Origin: Nitrospirota bacterium
GTDB lineage: Bacteria > Nitrospirota > Thermodesulfovibrionia > Thermodesulfovibrionales > UBA9159
Reading direction: 5' to 3'
Assembly: GCA_963699545.1 (NCBI GenBank)
Contig: CAVOUE010000009.1
Coordinates: forward strand, 159,692-223,691
DNA: 64,000 nucleotides
In this document: in pieces, positions 31,265 to 41,636 of the stretch
Position numbering within the stretch: the stretch's first letter is position 1
Layout of the letters: the number at the start of each line of letters is the position of its first letter
The notes under the pieces: generated by a model
The model's database searches: none
What the model saw: only the letters and a program-made list of their open reading frames with translations
Told to the model about the DNA's origin: nothing
Translations under genes and position numbers: made by a program

Positions 31265-33160
31265 CTATTCCTCTTTTTTCTTAATATCTTCCATGAACTG
31301 TTTGATCCCCCTCACCAGTTCCTCGGGAGTGCCAAAAGCCGGTGAGCACTTTTTCCCCCAGCAGACATATGACGCTTCTGCTAAGGGATAACCGAGTTCT
31401 TTGATTCGGCCTCTTTCCCGCTTTAAAGAAAGTACCCTCACTACCTTTTCGGGGATGTATGTCTTGTTGGCCTGCACTAAAAATCTCCTCGCTCTCTTAT
31501 CGTGAGCAATGACCGTAATCACCAGTGGCTCCTCCAAGCTCCATCGCAATGCAGTCCCGTAAAGCGCAGCAGACGGTTCAAAATATTCATAGGTACTTCT
31601 CAGTTTGGCGCTCGTCCCGTCAATAATCTCTTTCCTATCCTTGCTTCCATTGATGTAATAAAGTCTGCTCAGGAAGATCACTGCCCTGTAGTTGGATGAA
31701 GCCGAGGTATAATCCAAGAGCGTGCTTGCCGTAGAAGGTCTTACATCCGTTGTGTCAAGAGTGGGCCTGAACTGCTTATGTTCATGATCATAGAATCTGT
31801 TTACCAGAAAGCGAGCAATGTCTTCTGCTCCGTTCATGTACCGGCTCTCGCCCGTTGCATTGTAGAGATCGATAAGCGCCAACCCGAGAAGAACGTTATC
31901 AGAGAGGAGACCGTTCAGGTGTTTCCCGCCGAGGTAATAGTGAAATACGCCATCGTCTATTGAATAGAGATTCTTCATAATAAAGTCCGCCGTCTTTTCC
32001 GCGATCTTAAGGTATCCCTTTCCCCCCGTGGCGCCGGAGGCGGCGATCAGCGCGGTAATCATCTGAGCATTCGAGTCAGCATACATGGTATGGTCAACAT
32101 ACGGCGGTTTAAGCCGGTTCCTGTTCGTCCTCTTATAGTAGTCCTCATCGGCATCCTGACTTCCATAAAAAGCGCCCTTCCTGCTGCCATACAGATGCTT
32201 CTCCACATAGTTCATGGTCTCCTTCATGACCTTCATGTAGCTGGTGTTGCCAAAGATCATATAGGCTGACGCATAATTCTTAATAAGCTCAGCATTCAAC
32301 TCCAGCATCTTCTCGTAATGGGGCATTGACCAGTCGGGCCTTGTAGAATATCTGAAGAAGCCTCCTTCGACACTGTCATAGATCTCTCCCTTGGACATGT
32401 TCTCAAGAGTCGTGGTAATCATTCTCTCCACTTCGGGGTCCTTCCGGCTCTGGTACCCTGAGAGGAGAAAATCGATCGCATGAGCATTGGGAAATTTCTG
32501 CGATATGCCGAAGCCGCCATATTCCTTGTCGTATGACGATTCAAGCATCTGAGTTATCCTCGTTATGTCAGAACTGCGTAGAGCCCCACGTTCTGTTTGT
32601 GGGCCGTCCTCTTCGCGTTTCGTGCGTGTCTCGGTCCTTTCTTTCACCCTTTCTTCATCATTCCTGTACATCTCAACAAACCTTGAGAGCCACCCGAGCA
32701 TATCCTCCTGCGAAATGTAGGTTCCGCCCTGCACTATTTCGCCCTCGGGCGTCAGGAGAACAGTGCTGGGCCAACCCCCCTGATTGTAAAGATTGTCGAT
32801 ATCGGGTCTCATGTTCGCATCGACCCTTACGGGGAAAAGATTATGATTGATGTAATCTATAACGTTGATGTCAGAATACGTCGTTTCGTCCATTACGTGA
32901 CACCAGTGACACCAGACTGCGCTCAGGGAAAGCAGGATGAGTTTATTCTCTCTCTTTGCCTGCTCAAGGGACTCCTTCCCCCACTGCCTCCATTGAATGA
33001 AATGCGCCTTATTTTGGCGAGGAGAGAACCGGAAATCGGATGCAAGGACACCTTGATTGAAACTGAAAATAACAAGGACAACGCTTATGGCCAGTTTTTT
33101 CAGCATCAGAAAAAAAGGTGGATACGGTACAGTATCAAATGCATATGCATTTTTGCTCAC
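31265..33160 (-). CDS. Thioredoxin-domain DUF255 (YyaL/SSP411-like) protein with predicted signal peptide
   Basis: WCHWCHVM, RPDID, GGWPSTV, GGFFRYS..DW..PHYEKML, FYGSQDAD. Confidence 0.9.
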   Translation of the reverse strand: MSKNAYAFDTVPYPPFFLMLKKLAISVVLVIFSFNQGVLASDFRFSPRQNKAHFIQWRQWGKESLEQAKRENKLILLSLSAVWCHWCHVMDETTYSDINVIDYINHNLFPVRVDANMRPDIDNLYNQGGWPSTVLLTPEGEIVQGGTYISQEDMLGWLSRFVEMYRNDEERVKERTETRTKREEDGPQTERGALRSSDITRITQMLESSYDKEYGGFGISQKFPNAHAIDFLLSGYQSRKDPEVERMITTTLENMSKGEIYDSVEGGFFRYSTRPDWSMPHYEKMLELNAELIKNYASAYMIFGNTSYMKVMKETMNYVEKHLYGSRKGAFYGSQDADEDYYKRTNRNRLKPPYVDHTMYADSNAQMITALIAASGATGGKGYLKIAEKTADFIMKNLYSIDDGVFHYYLGGKHLNGLLSDNVLLGLALIDLYNATGESRYMNGAEDIARFLVNRFYDHEHKQFRPTLDTTDVRPSTASTLLDYTSASSNYRAVIFLSRLYYINGSKDRKEIIDGTSAKLRSTYEYFEPSAALYGTALRWSLEEPLVITVIAHDKRARRFLVQANKTYIPEKVVRVLSLKRERGRIKELGYPLAEASYVCWGKKCSPAFGTPEELVRGIKQFMEDIKKKEE

Positions 33161-33204
33161 CTGGGCACAGGTGCGAGCTTCTTCTTACCCTCATTGATTT
33201 TCTG

Positions 33205-33291
33205 TGGTGCCGAAGGCCGGACTCGAACCGGCACGCCGTTGCCGACGAGGGATTTTAAGTCCCTTGCGTCTACCAATTCCGCCACTCCGGC
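33205..33291 (-). tRNA. tRNA-Leu(TAA)
   Basis: GCCGGAGTGGCGGAATTGGTAGACGC-AAGGGA-CTTAAAA-TCCCT, long variable arm, GGTTCGAGTCC, CCA end. Confidence 0.97.
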
Positions 33292-33389
33292 AATAGTCGC
33301 ATCATTCTAAAAGATTGGAGGACCTTTGGTCAAATAAGGCAGGCGAGAGTACCGCACAAGCGCCCACTGCGCGACGAGACTTCCCCGCA

Positions 33390-34859
33390 TCACTGAGCAG
33401 GGACGATTTCGATCTCTTTTATCTCTTTTCTCAGTTCTTCTATCCATGCGGTTACAAAGGCCCTGATCTCGTTCTTTTCTCCGGGTCTGACGTCCTCGAA
33501 TGGCCTGTATGAAGGCCGCTTCATCACCGTCTTCAGGATCATGTAACCGTCCTTTGTCCAGACCACACTGATCTCCCCGTCCTTCAACAGTTCGATCCTG
33601 TCCTTGATCCATCCCTGTATCTCCTGAAACCCCGTCACCGAAAAACGCACCTTATCCGGGAATGCCGCTGCGATCTCCTCAAAGGTCTTTCCTGCTCTTG
33701 CCTGCCCCTGCAGTTCCGTGACAAGGGTCACCTTTCCCTGCTTGTCACCGTCGGTATAGTGCACCGTGAGCGACTCGACAACCCTTTCTTCCGGAACACT
33801 CCTGATCTTCCTGTTAATGAGGTCGCTGATGGAGAGATATCTGCGGAGATATTCTGCTTCGTCGCCGGTGAGTTTGAATTTCCCCGCAAGCTCGTTCACC
33901 TTGCCCGCATCCGCACTCACCTTCACCCTCAGTGCCTCGTCATAGAGAATCTGCTCGTTGACGAAATCCTCGAAGAGATTGCCGTTTCTCCACACCACCT
34001 CCCTGATCCCCACCTTTGCCACAGCCAATGAAGCGTTATGCATAAATTCAATCACCTGCAGTGTCGTATACTTTTCCCCATTGATCTTCACCGCCGGCGT
34101 CTTATATTTGAGGGGAGCATTGTGTCCCTCTTCTTCTTGCTTTCCTTCCCGGCTTTCCCCGCCCGGTGCCTGCCTCATGTTCCGGCGCTCGGCATCCAGC
34201 CTCTCCCTTTCGTCCCTCAACTGTTTGCGGTCTCTCTCCATCTCGGCCGTAAATCTTTTCTGCTCGTCTTCAGCCCTGGCAAGAAGGGCCTTACTTTCAG
34301 CCTCCTTTTTCTCCAGTTCTGTCATCCTCATTTTCATGTCTGCAGTCTTCTTTTGCTCTTCTTCCAGCAAAACACCGAGTTTTTTCTGCTCCTCCAGCGT
34401 CTTGCCCAACGGTTGCTCTGTCAGACGGACATTCTTTTCACTGTCTGCCTGCCGGGGCTCACGGAGCGCATCGCCTCTTTCCGGTTCATGACCGGTCCCG
34501 GGCCGCTTTGGAGGTGGTGCGTTCCCAAGGTCACTCAGTTCCCGTTCCACATGCGGCAAAAAAGGACTCTCAGGGAACTTCTGCTTCAACCCTGCAAAGA
34601 CCTTTCTCGCCTCGTCAAAGGACTTCACCTGGATCAGGGACTTCCCGAGCCAGAACAGGGCAGCGTCCCTGGCTGAACTTCGGGGAAATTCCAAAAGGAA
34701 CTTGTTCAGCGTATCAGCGGCCATTTCAGGCTGGTACGAAAGATAATACTCATAGCCTTTATCGAAAAGCTCGAATTCGCCGGACGCAGAGGGTTCAGAG
34801 ACCTGAAACAGCAGAGCGAGGAAGACCGCCGCCGCAATGATCCCCGGACGCACCTTCAC
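33390..34859 (-). CDS. Exported TPR (BamD/CpoB-like), coiled-coil and degenerate parvulin-like protein
   Basis: Signal-like N-terminus, FLLEFPRS..DAALFWLG TPR, long charged helix, TFEEIA..GEIS.V.T.DGYMILK. Confidence 0.65.
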   Translation of the reverse strand: MKVRPGIIAAAVFLALLFQVSEPSASGEFELFDKGYEYYLSYQPEMAADTLNKFLLEFPRSSARDAALFWLGKSLIQVKSFDEARKVFAGLKQKFPESPFLPHVERELSDLGNAPPPKRPGTGHEPERGDALREPRQADSEKNVRLTEQPLGKTLEEQKKLGVLLEEEQKKTADMKMRMTELEKKEAESKALLARAEDEQKRFTAEMERDRKQLRDERERLDAERRNMRQAPGGESREGKQEEEGHNAPLKYKTPAVKINGEKYTTLQVIEFMHNASLAVAKVGIREVVWRNGNLFEDFVNEQILYDEALRVKVSADAGKVNELAGKFKLTGDEAEYLRRYLSISDLINRKIRSVPEERVVESLTVHYTDGDKQGKVTLVTELQGQARAGKTFEEIAAAFPDKVRFSVTGFQEIQGWIKDRIELLKDGEISVVWTKDGYMILKTVMKRPSYRPFEDVRPGEKNEIRAFVTAWIEELRKEIKEIEIVPAQ

Positions 34860-34861
34860 CG

Positions 34862-35833
34862 TCAGTTCATGGTTATGGAAGCCTTTTCCCACAATACCTT
34901 TACCCATTCGCTGAGGAGGCTCTCCCTGTGCTGCGAATAGAGACGTTTACGGATCTCCTCCCTGACTTCTGCCAGAGATCTGAACCTCTCGGCCGTCCTG
35001 TCCTCAAGCTTCAAAATGTATACCCCCTCCCTGACCCATATGGGGTCGCTTATTTCCCCCACCTTCATCGAGAACGCCTGCTCATCAAGCTGGGGGATAA
35101 GGGTCCCCTTTTTGAACTCACCCAGTTTCCCTCCTTTGCCCTTCAGGGGTTCATCACTGTACCGGTTCACCAGTGCTCCAAAATTCTCACCGTCCTTCAA
35201 GCGAGCGGCTATCCGCAATGCCTTTCGCTTCAGGTCGGTGATCTCGGTGGCCGTGGCGCCCTCGCCGAGCCTGAGAAAGATCGCCTTCACATCAACAGTG
35301 GCAGGACTGGTCACGAAAGCCTGCTTATCAGCGTTATAAACGTTCTCGATCTCTCTATCCCTCACCACCACTTTCGAATCAACGTCCGCTTCCACCAATT
35401 TCAATGCCGTCATTTTATCCTTCATAAGGTTCCGATAACGCTGAAAACTCATGCCTTCCCCGACGATCTCTTTCTCAAAGTCCTCCCTGGACAGGCCGCT
35501 CTCCTTCCTCAATTCTTCGATCATCCTGTCTGCCTCTGCATCACTCGTTTCAACGCCCCTTTTTCTCGCTTCATTGAGGATCACCTTCTCTTCTATCAGC
35601 TTTTTCAGCACCGTCTCGTCCACGACATCTTTATTCGCCGGCATGCCGAGGCTTTTCGCAAACAGGAGATAATCGGACAGCGTAACAGCCTCTTTATCTA
35701 TGGTGGCAACAACCCTGTCTACGGTCATTCCATCGGAAGGAACAGCAGCCGTCACCAAAAGGAACGTGACGCCAACCACAATGAGTCGGTCAATAGGAAA
35801 GGAGCGAGCATTTATGGGTCGTTTCATCTGCAT
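34862..35833 (-). CDS. surA: SurA-like peptidylprolyl isomerase
   Basis: VDRVVATID, F.ALV.RYSD, GGKLG, GEISDPI. Confidence 0.8.
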   Translation of the reverse strand: MQMKRPINARSFPIDRLIVVGVTFLLVTAAVPSDGMTVDRVVATIDKEAVTLSDYLLFAKSLGMPANKDVVDETVLKKLIEEKVILNEARKRGVETSDAEADRMIEELRKESGLSREDFEKEIVGEGMSFQRYRNLMKDKMTALKLVEADVDSKVVVRDREIENVYNADKQAFVTSPATVDVKAIFLRLGEGATATEITDLKRKALRIAARLKDGENFGALVNRYSDEPLKGKGGKLGEFKKGTLIPQLDEQAFSMKVGEISDPIWVREGVYILKLEDRTAERFRSLAEVREEIRKRLYSQHRESLLSEWVKVLWEKASITMN

Positions 35834-35966
35834 GTTTATCAAGACAAAACCCTTTGCCGGAACAAGAAGAAGTCTCTTTTTGGAAGTGTAACAAAAAAGA
35901 AAGAAAAATCTCCACGCGTGACCTTCCCGCACACTGCCTCCACCGACCCATGGCACTGTCTCTCTG

Positions 35967-36722
35967 CTAATACATCAAGATGTAAAAAATCAGCGCTACA
36001 TATTCCTTCATCGCAAGGGACGAGTTCTTCAGATCACCCATGAGAGGGAAGTAATCCTGCCATCCATACCGCCTCCCGGGAATGGCACGGAAATCTGCAG
36101 GGAAAGGAACAACTTCCCGGCCAGCCTTACGAAAACTCAGCGCGGCACGTCTCATATGATATGCAGATGTCACGATCAAGGGCTGATGATATCCGAGCCT
36201 CGTACATATTTCCGCAGTGTTCCTGGCATTCTCCATGGTGTCCCTGCTCTTTTCCTCGGTGATGATCATGGCGGCAGGAACTCCCACGTCAACAAGGAAA
36301 CGCTTCACGATGGGCGCCTCCGCCTCCCTCTCCTTGAAAACCTTGCCACCCGATACAATGATGGGGATGTTGAGCCTCTTCTGCAGTCTCGCCGCAGTGA
36401 CGAGCCTTGCCGTCGTCTCTTCCGAGGGACTGCCTCTGCCCGAGAGATCAGGGACGTTGTCGTACGCACCTCCGCCAAGAAGGATGATCACATTGCCCTT
36501 CGGGTTCTGAGGTATCACAAGCTGATACTCAAGGCCTCTGAGCAGTGTATCAGCCACCGGAGAGGTGGAGAGAAGCCACAGCAGACAGCCGAGAAACAGA
36601 TTCACCAGAGCTGCCTTTGCGTTCCTCCTGAAAAAGAGCCATACGGAAGAGCACAGCAACAGCGCGACGAAGATGCCCGGGGGGAAGAGAAAGATGCCGG
36701 CTATCTTCTTGAAGAGAAACAT
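35967..36722 (-). CDS. YdcF/DUF218 family protein
   Basis: IILLGGG, IVSGG, EEKSRDTMENA, VTSAYHMRRA. Confidence 0.9.
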   Translation of the reverse strand: MFLFKKIAGIFLFPPGIFVALLLCSSVWLFFRRNAKAALVNLFLGCLLWLLSTSPVADTLLRGLEYQLVIPQNPKGNVIILLGGGAYDNVPDLSGRGSPSEETTARLVTAARLQKRLNIPIIVSGGKVFKEREAEAPIVKRFLVDVGVPAAMIITEEKSRDTMENARNTAEICTRLGYHQPLIVTSAYHMRRAALSFRKAGREVVPFPADFRAIPGRRYGWQDYFPLMGDLKNSSLAMKEYVALIFYILMY

Positions 36723-36843
36723 GTATCTACCGGTTGTTCGCAGAAACGTTCTTTCACTGCCACCGCAGTCCTCCTGGGAGACCTTCGTCCCGGGGAGAGA
36801 CCGACAGGAGGTTCTTCCTATCGGCGTCCTCATGCTCCCCGTC

Positions 36844-38178
36844 CTACTGCCTGTTCCTCTTTCCTATCTTCTCACCCCATTCTCTCGCCTTATTCATGAT
36901 CTCGCATTCATCGCCATGAGCGAGCGTTCCCTTCTCTACAACTATCTTGCCGTTCACCATCACGGTTTCAACATCGGAAGCCATCGCGGAATACACTATG
37001 TGCGAGTACACATCATACAGGGGAGTAAGATGAGGTTTTTCCAAATTGATGACGGTCATATCCGCCATTTTACCTTTTTCAATGCTCCCGACCTTATCAC
37101 CGAGCCTCAGCACCTCAGCACCCCATCTCGTTGCCATGAGAAGAATCGTTTTCGCATCAAGAACAGTGGGATCATGTGAGATGGCCTTGTGGACTTTTGC
37201 GGTGGTCGACATCTCGCTCAGGATGTTCAGATCATTGTTGCTTGCAGCGCCATCGGTCCCAAACGTCACCTTAACCCCGGCAGCGAGCATCGTGACAACC
37301 GGAGCAAAACCTGACGCGAGCTTCAGGTTGCTCTCCATGCAGTGAGAAACACCGACGTTTCTCCTTGCAAGCAGTTCAACCTCGTTATCCGCAACCCATA
37401 TGCAGTGGGCAGCCAACACTCTTTCATCCAGAAACCCGATCGCTTCAAGATGTTCTACAGGTCTTCTCCCGTACCTGGTCATGATCTCTCCAACCTCCCA
37501 TTCTGTTTCAGAGAGATGGACATGGAGAGGAACATCGAATCGCTCGGCCAGAGCCTTTGTCTTCCTGAGAGTTTCGGGGCTGCACATGTAGGCAGAATGA
37601 GGTGCAATGCACGGGGTGACCAATTCATCACCCTTCCAGCGAATGACGAATCTTTCAGCTTTTTCAAGATGCTCATCAGGAGTCTTTCCTGCAGCACTGG
37701 GAACATCGAGGATCCCGGCCCCCAAAACCGCCCTCATGCCGATTCTCTTTGCAGAACCCCCGGCGGCATCGCCGAAAAAATACATGTCATTGTACGTCGT
37801 CACCCCGGCCTTCAGCATCTCAAGACACGCAAGCTCAACGGCATCTGAAACAAACTCCGGGGTCAACCACCTCGATTCAGCCGGCCATATATGGCTTTCG
37901 AGCCATTCCTTGAGGGGCAGATCGTCCGCAAGGCCCCTGAAGTAGACCATTGCCGCGTGGGTATGGGTATTGACAAGGCCGGGAATTACGACCCTTCCTT
38001 TGCCTCCGATGATGGTCCCCGGTTCGTAGAGAGAGATTACTCTCTCAAACGTTCCGACATCTGCAATCTTCCCATCGCTGACCGCAACCGCTCCGTCAGA
38101 AATGACAGTTAAGCTGGTGTCAATGGGCAGCACATATTCACCACGGACTATGGAGTCAACATGCGTTCTCGTTTCCAT
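36844..38178 (-). CDS. mtaD: 5'-methylthioadenosine/SAH deaminase-like amidohydrolase
   Basis: PGLVNTHTH, FRGLADDLPL..WL, HLSET, SNLKLASG, GTDGAASNN. Confidence 0.85.
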   Translation of the reverse strand: METRTHVDSIVRGEYVLPIDTSLTVISDGAVAVSDGKIADVGTFERVISLYEPGTIIGGKGRVVIPGLVNTHTHAAMVYFRGLADDLPLKEWLESHIWPAESRWLTPEFVSDAVELACLEMLKAGVTTYNDMYFFGDAAGGSAKRIGMRAVLGAGILDVPSAAGKTPDEHLEKAERFVIRWKGDELVTPCIAPHSAYMCSPETLRKTKALAERFDVPLHVHLSETEWEVGEIMTRYGRRPVEHLEAIGFLDERVLAAHCIWVADNEVELLARRNVGVSHCMESNLKLASGFAPVVTMLAAGVKVTFGTDGAASNNDLNILSEMSTTAKVHKAISHDPTVLDAKTILLMATRWGAEVLRLGDKVGSIEKGKMADMTVINLEKPHLTPLYDVYSHIVYSAMASDVETVMVNGKIVVEKGTLAHGDECEIMNKAREWGEKIGKRNRQ

Positions 38179-38286
38179 CCGTCCCTTTCGGCCCTTAGTG
38201 AAGACCCCCCTCATCCTCTTTGCCAGGCGGGTGAGGGAGGATCCTTTCTCTACGGTGAGGCTATTCCGCCAATGGGGTGATCCCGA

Positions 38287-39306
38287 CTACGCCATCCCGA
38301 CGAGCTTTTCCGCGATCTGGACCGCATTCAGGGCAGCGCCTTTCCTGATATTGTCCGATACGATCCACATGTTGAGGCCCTTTTCTATGGACTCATCTTC
38401 CCTGATCCGCCCTACAAAGGTCTCATCTTTTCCTGCACACTCGATAGCAAGGGGATACACATTCTTTTCAGGAGCATCGTACACGACCACTCCCGGAGTA
38501 GAAGAAAGGACCGCCCGCACATCATTTGCCGAAAGCTTTTTCTCCGTCTCGATATTCAGGCTCTCTGAATGGCAGCGGAATACAGGGACACGCACCGTGG
38601 TGGCGGTCACCCGTATGGAGCTATCACCCATGATCTTCTGTGTCTCGTTCACCATCTTCATCTCTTCCTTTGTATAGCCGTTCTCAAGGAACTTGTCTAT
38701 GTGGGGAATACAGTTGAACGCTATCTGATGCGGATAGACAGTGCACCGTATCTCCCTGAAGTTAAGGAGGTCCGTGGTCTGCTGGAGGAGTTCATCCATC
38801 GCCTTCTTCCCCGTGCCCGACACAGACTGGAACGTGGTGACCACTACTCTCCTGATCCTGGCGGCGTCATGGATCGGCTTCAGGACAACCACCATCTGGA
38901 TCGTAGAGCAGTTGGGGTTTGCAATGATCCCCTTATGCCATTTCAGGTCGTGAGCATTCACCTCGGGGACGACAAGGGGAACCGCAGGATCCATCCTCCA
39001 CTGGCTTGAATTGTCCACCACCACGCATCCTGATTTTGCGGCAACCGGAGCCCAGATCTTTGAACGTTCCGCCCCTGCAGAAAAAAGGGCGATATCGATC
39101 CCCTGAAAGGAATGCTCATTCAGGGTTTCCACAGGGAATTCACTTCCCTCAAATTCAAGGGTCTTTCCCTCTGACCTTTCGGACGCAAAGAGTCTCAGTT
39201 TCTCTATGGGAAATTTCCTCTGCTCCAGGGTGTCGATCATCTCGTTCCCCACAGCGCCCGTGGCGCCCACAACAGCTACAATATATTTTTCCTTCTTCTT
39301 AAGCAC
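38287..39306 (-). CDS. asd: Aspartate-semialdehyde dehydrogenase
   Basis: GATGAVG, ANPNCSTIQ, QSVSGTG, DNIRKGAALNAVQIAE. Confidence 0.97.
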   Translation of the reverse strand: MLKKKEKYIVAVVGATGAVGNEMIDTLEQRKFPIEKLRLFASERSEGKTLEFEGSEFPVETLNEHSFQGIDIALFSAGAERSKIWAPVAAKSGCVVVDNSSQWRMDPAVPLVVPEVNAHDLKWHKGIIANPNCSTIQMVVVLKPIHDAARIRRVVVTTFQSVSGTGKKAMDELLQQTTDLLNFREIRCTVYPHQIAFNCIPHIDKFLENGYTKEEMKMVNETQKIMGDSSIRVTATTVRVPVFRCHSESLNIETEKKLSANDVRAVLSSTPGVVVYDAPEKNVYPLAIECAGKDETFVGRIREDESIEKGLNMWIVSDNIRKGAALNAVQIAEKLVGMA

Positions 39307-39343
39307 GCCTTTTTCTCCTTATCTCTCTAAAAAAGAATATTGC

Positions 39344-39835
39344 CTAACGTATTTTTTTCCTCGTCCATTCAATCAGCCCGCCCGCCGCGATAAGCTCCTG
39401 CATGAACGGCGGGATCACTTCGGCCGTGTATTGTTCGCCGCGACTACGGTTGAGGATGATCCCGTTGTCCGCATCGATCTCCACAACGTCACCTTCCCGT
39501 ATCTTCTCTGACGCATCCCGTGATTCGAAGATCGGAAGCCCTATGTTGAAAGAGTTCCGGTAAAAGATCCTGGCAAAGCTTCTCGCAATGACCGCCTGTA
39601 TGCCGGCAGCCTTGATGGAGATGGGCGCATGTTCCCTTGAAGAACCGCAGCCGAAGTTCTTCCCGGCCACAACGATATCGCCCTGCCGGACCTTTGCGGG
39701 AAAGTCCTTATCCGCATCCTCCATCACATGCCGTGCAAGCTCTGCAGGGTCAGAGGTATTCAGGTACCGTGCAGGTATGATCGCGTCCGTATCAACGTCA
39801 TCGCCAAATCTCCACACCCTGCCCTTCAGGATCAT
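39344..39835 (-). CDS. leuD: 3-isopropylmalate dehydratase small subunit
   Basis: [33 protein letters not shown]. Confidence 0.93.
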   Translation of the reverse strand: MILKGRVWRFGDDVDTDAIIPARYLNTSDPAELARHVMEDADKDFPAKVRQGDIVVAGKNFGCGSSREHAPISIKAAGIQAVIARSFARIFYRNSFNIGLPIFESRDASEKIREGDVVEIDADNGIILNRSRGEQYTAEVIPPFMQELIAAGGLIEWTRKKIR

Positions 39836-40047
39836 TGTTTCCTCCGGTCAACGAAAAAATATTAGCTATTATTATAAACACTGCTTCGGGAGAAAATCTA
39901 CATTGAATGACCAGCAGTTGCCACTGCCTGCTGTGAACAAGCCGGCACATCGGATGAAAAGGCTTTACACGATAAACTGCCACCGCAAGATCACCGGGGA
40001 TACAAGTCGGAATTGAACGTACACCATGAAAAGTGTTATCATTTTTC

Positions 40048-41514
40048 ATGGCTTACAAAGACCTGAGGGAATTCCTCAAACTCCTCGAAAGAAGAGGACT
40101 CCTTAAACGTATCGCTGCTGAAGTCGATCCCATCCTCGAGATAAGCGAGATCACCGACAGGATGTGCAAAAGCCCGGGCGGAGGCAAGGCCCTCTTGTTC
40201 GAAAAAGTGAAGGGCTCCCCTTACCCCGTTGTCACGAACATGTTCGGCTCCTTTGAACGGATGAGTCTCGCCCTGGAAACGAAAAGGCTTGACGACGTTG
40301 CAGCCCGCATAGAGGAGCTGCTGAACCAGGCGCCCCCCAAGACACTGGTCGAAAAGCTCGCAATGCTGCCGAAGCTCCTGGAGTTCTCCCGGTTCTTCCC
40401 CCGGAGCGTAAAAAGCGCGCCGTGCCAGGAGATGGTCGAAAAGGAAAATCCTGACCTGCTCAAGTTCCCCATCATAAAATGCTGGCCGGGTGACGGACAG
40501 TCCACAGATGAGGGAAGGTTCATCACCCTTCCCATGGTCTTTACGAAAGACCCGGAAACGGGACGTCCGAACTGCGGCATGTACAGGATCCACGTGTATG
40601 ACCGGACCACCACCGGCATGCATTGGCACATCCACAAAGATGGTGCACGCCATTTCGACAGCTACAAAGCCCTGCACAGAAGAATGCCTGCAGCAGTCGC
40701 AGTGGGCAGTGACCCCTCGGTCATCTACGCGGCAAGCGCACCCCTCCCCGAGTCCGTAGATGAAATGCTCTTTGCAGGTTTCCTGCGAAGGGAACCGGTG
40801 GAAATGGTGAAATGTATCACTTCGGACATACAGGTCCCGGCAAACAGTGAAATGGTGATCGAGGGCTCTATCGATCCCGACGAGATGAGGATCGAAGGAC
40901 CCTTCGGAGACCATACAGGCTTTTATTCAGCGGCTGATTATTATCCCGTGTTCCACGTAACCTGCATCACCCACAGAAAGGATATGATCTACCCGGCCAC
41001 CATCGTCGGCAAGCCTCCCATGGAAGACTGTTATATGGGCAAGGCAACCGAGAGGATCTTCCTCCCTCTCATGAGGCTCGACTTCCCGGAGATAAAAGAT
41101 ATCAATCTCCCCATAGAGGGCGTATTCCACAATGCCGCGCTGATCTCCATAAAAAAGAGCTACCCCGGACATGCGAAGAAGATCATCCATGGCTTGTGGG
41201 GCAAAGGCCAGATGATGTTCGCGAAGCTTCTGATCATCCTCGACGAGGATGTGGATGTGCAGAATATCTCCTATGCTGCCTGGCGTGTGCTGAACAACGT
41301 GGACTGGAAACGGGACGTGGTCATTGCCGAAGGACCTCTTGACGACCTGGACCACGCGGCGAACTGGCCCCGATACGGATCAAAGATGGGTATTGACGCC
41401 ACACGGAAGACCAGGGAGGAGGGCATGATGCGCGACTGGCCGGAAGAGTTGTTCATGTCTGAGGAGATCAAGAGACGGGTGGATCAAAGATGGAAAGAGT
41501 ACGGGTTCGAATGA
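40048..41514 (+). CDS. UbiD-family decarboxylase (menaquinone biosynthesis type)
   Basis: YKDLREFL, NCGMYR, EGPFGDHTGFY, GPLDDLDHA, GSKMGIDAT. Confidence 0.9.
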   Translation: MAYKDLREFLKLLERRGLLKRIAAEVDPILEISEITDRMCKSPGGGKALLFEKVKGSPYPVVTNMFGSFERMSLALETKRLDDVAARIEELLNQAPPKTLVEKLAMLPKLLEFSRFFPRSVKSAPCQEMVEKENPDLLKFPIIKCWPGDGQSTDEGRFITLPMVFTKDPETGRPNCGMYRIHVYDRTTTGMHWHIHKDGARHFDSYKALHRRMPAAVAVGSDPSVIYAASAPLPESVDEMLFAGFLRREPVEMVKCITSDIQVPANSEMVIEGSIDPDEMRIEGPFGDHTGFYSAADYYPVFHVTCITHRKDMIYPATIVGKPPMEDCYMGKATERIFLPLMRLDFPEIKDINLPIEGVFHNAALISIKKSYPGHAKKIIHGLWGKGQMMFAKLLIILDEDVDVQNISYAAWRVLNNVDWKRDVVIAEGPLDDLDHAANWPRYGSKMGIDATRKTREEGMMRDWPEELFMSEEIKRRVDQRWKEYGFE

Positions 41515-41636
41515 GCTCAGGCGCTACACGTTATCTCAGTGGTAACTCGCTTCGCCTGTTCATGGGGAACGGAGTTCCAGTTTCCTCTTGTCGCAGAAGC
41601 TTCTCGCCTCATGGAGATCAAAGCAGTCATTTCCCC

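Noticed and set aside
30700-33205. tRNA-Leu-anchored integrative element
   Set aside because: No integrase and no convincing duplication of the tRNA 3' end.
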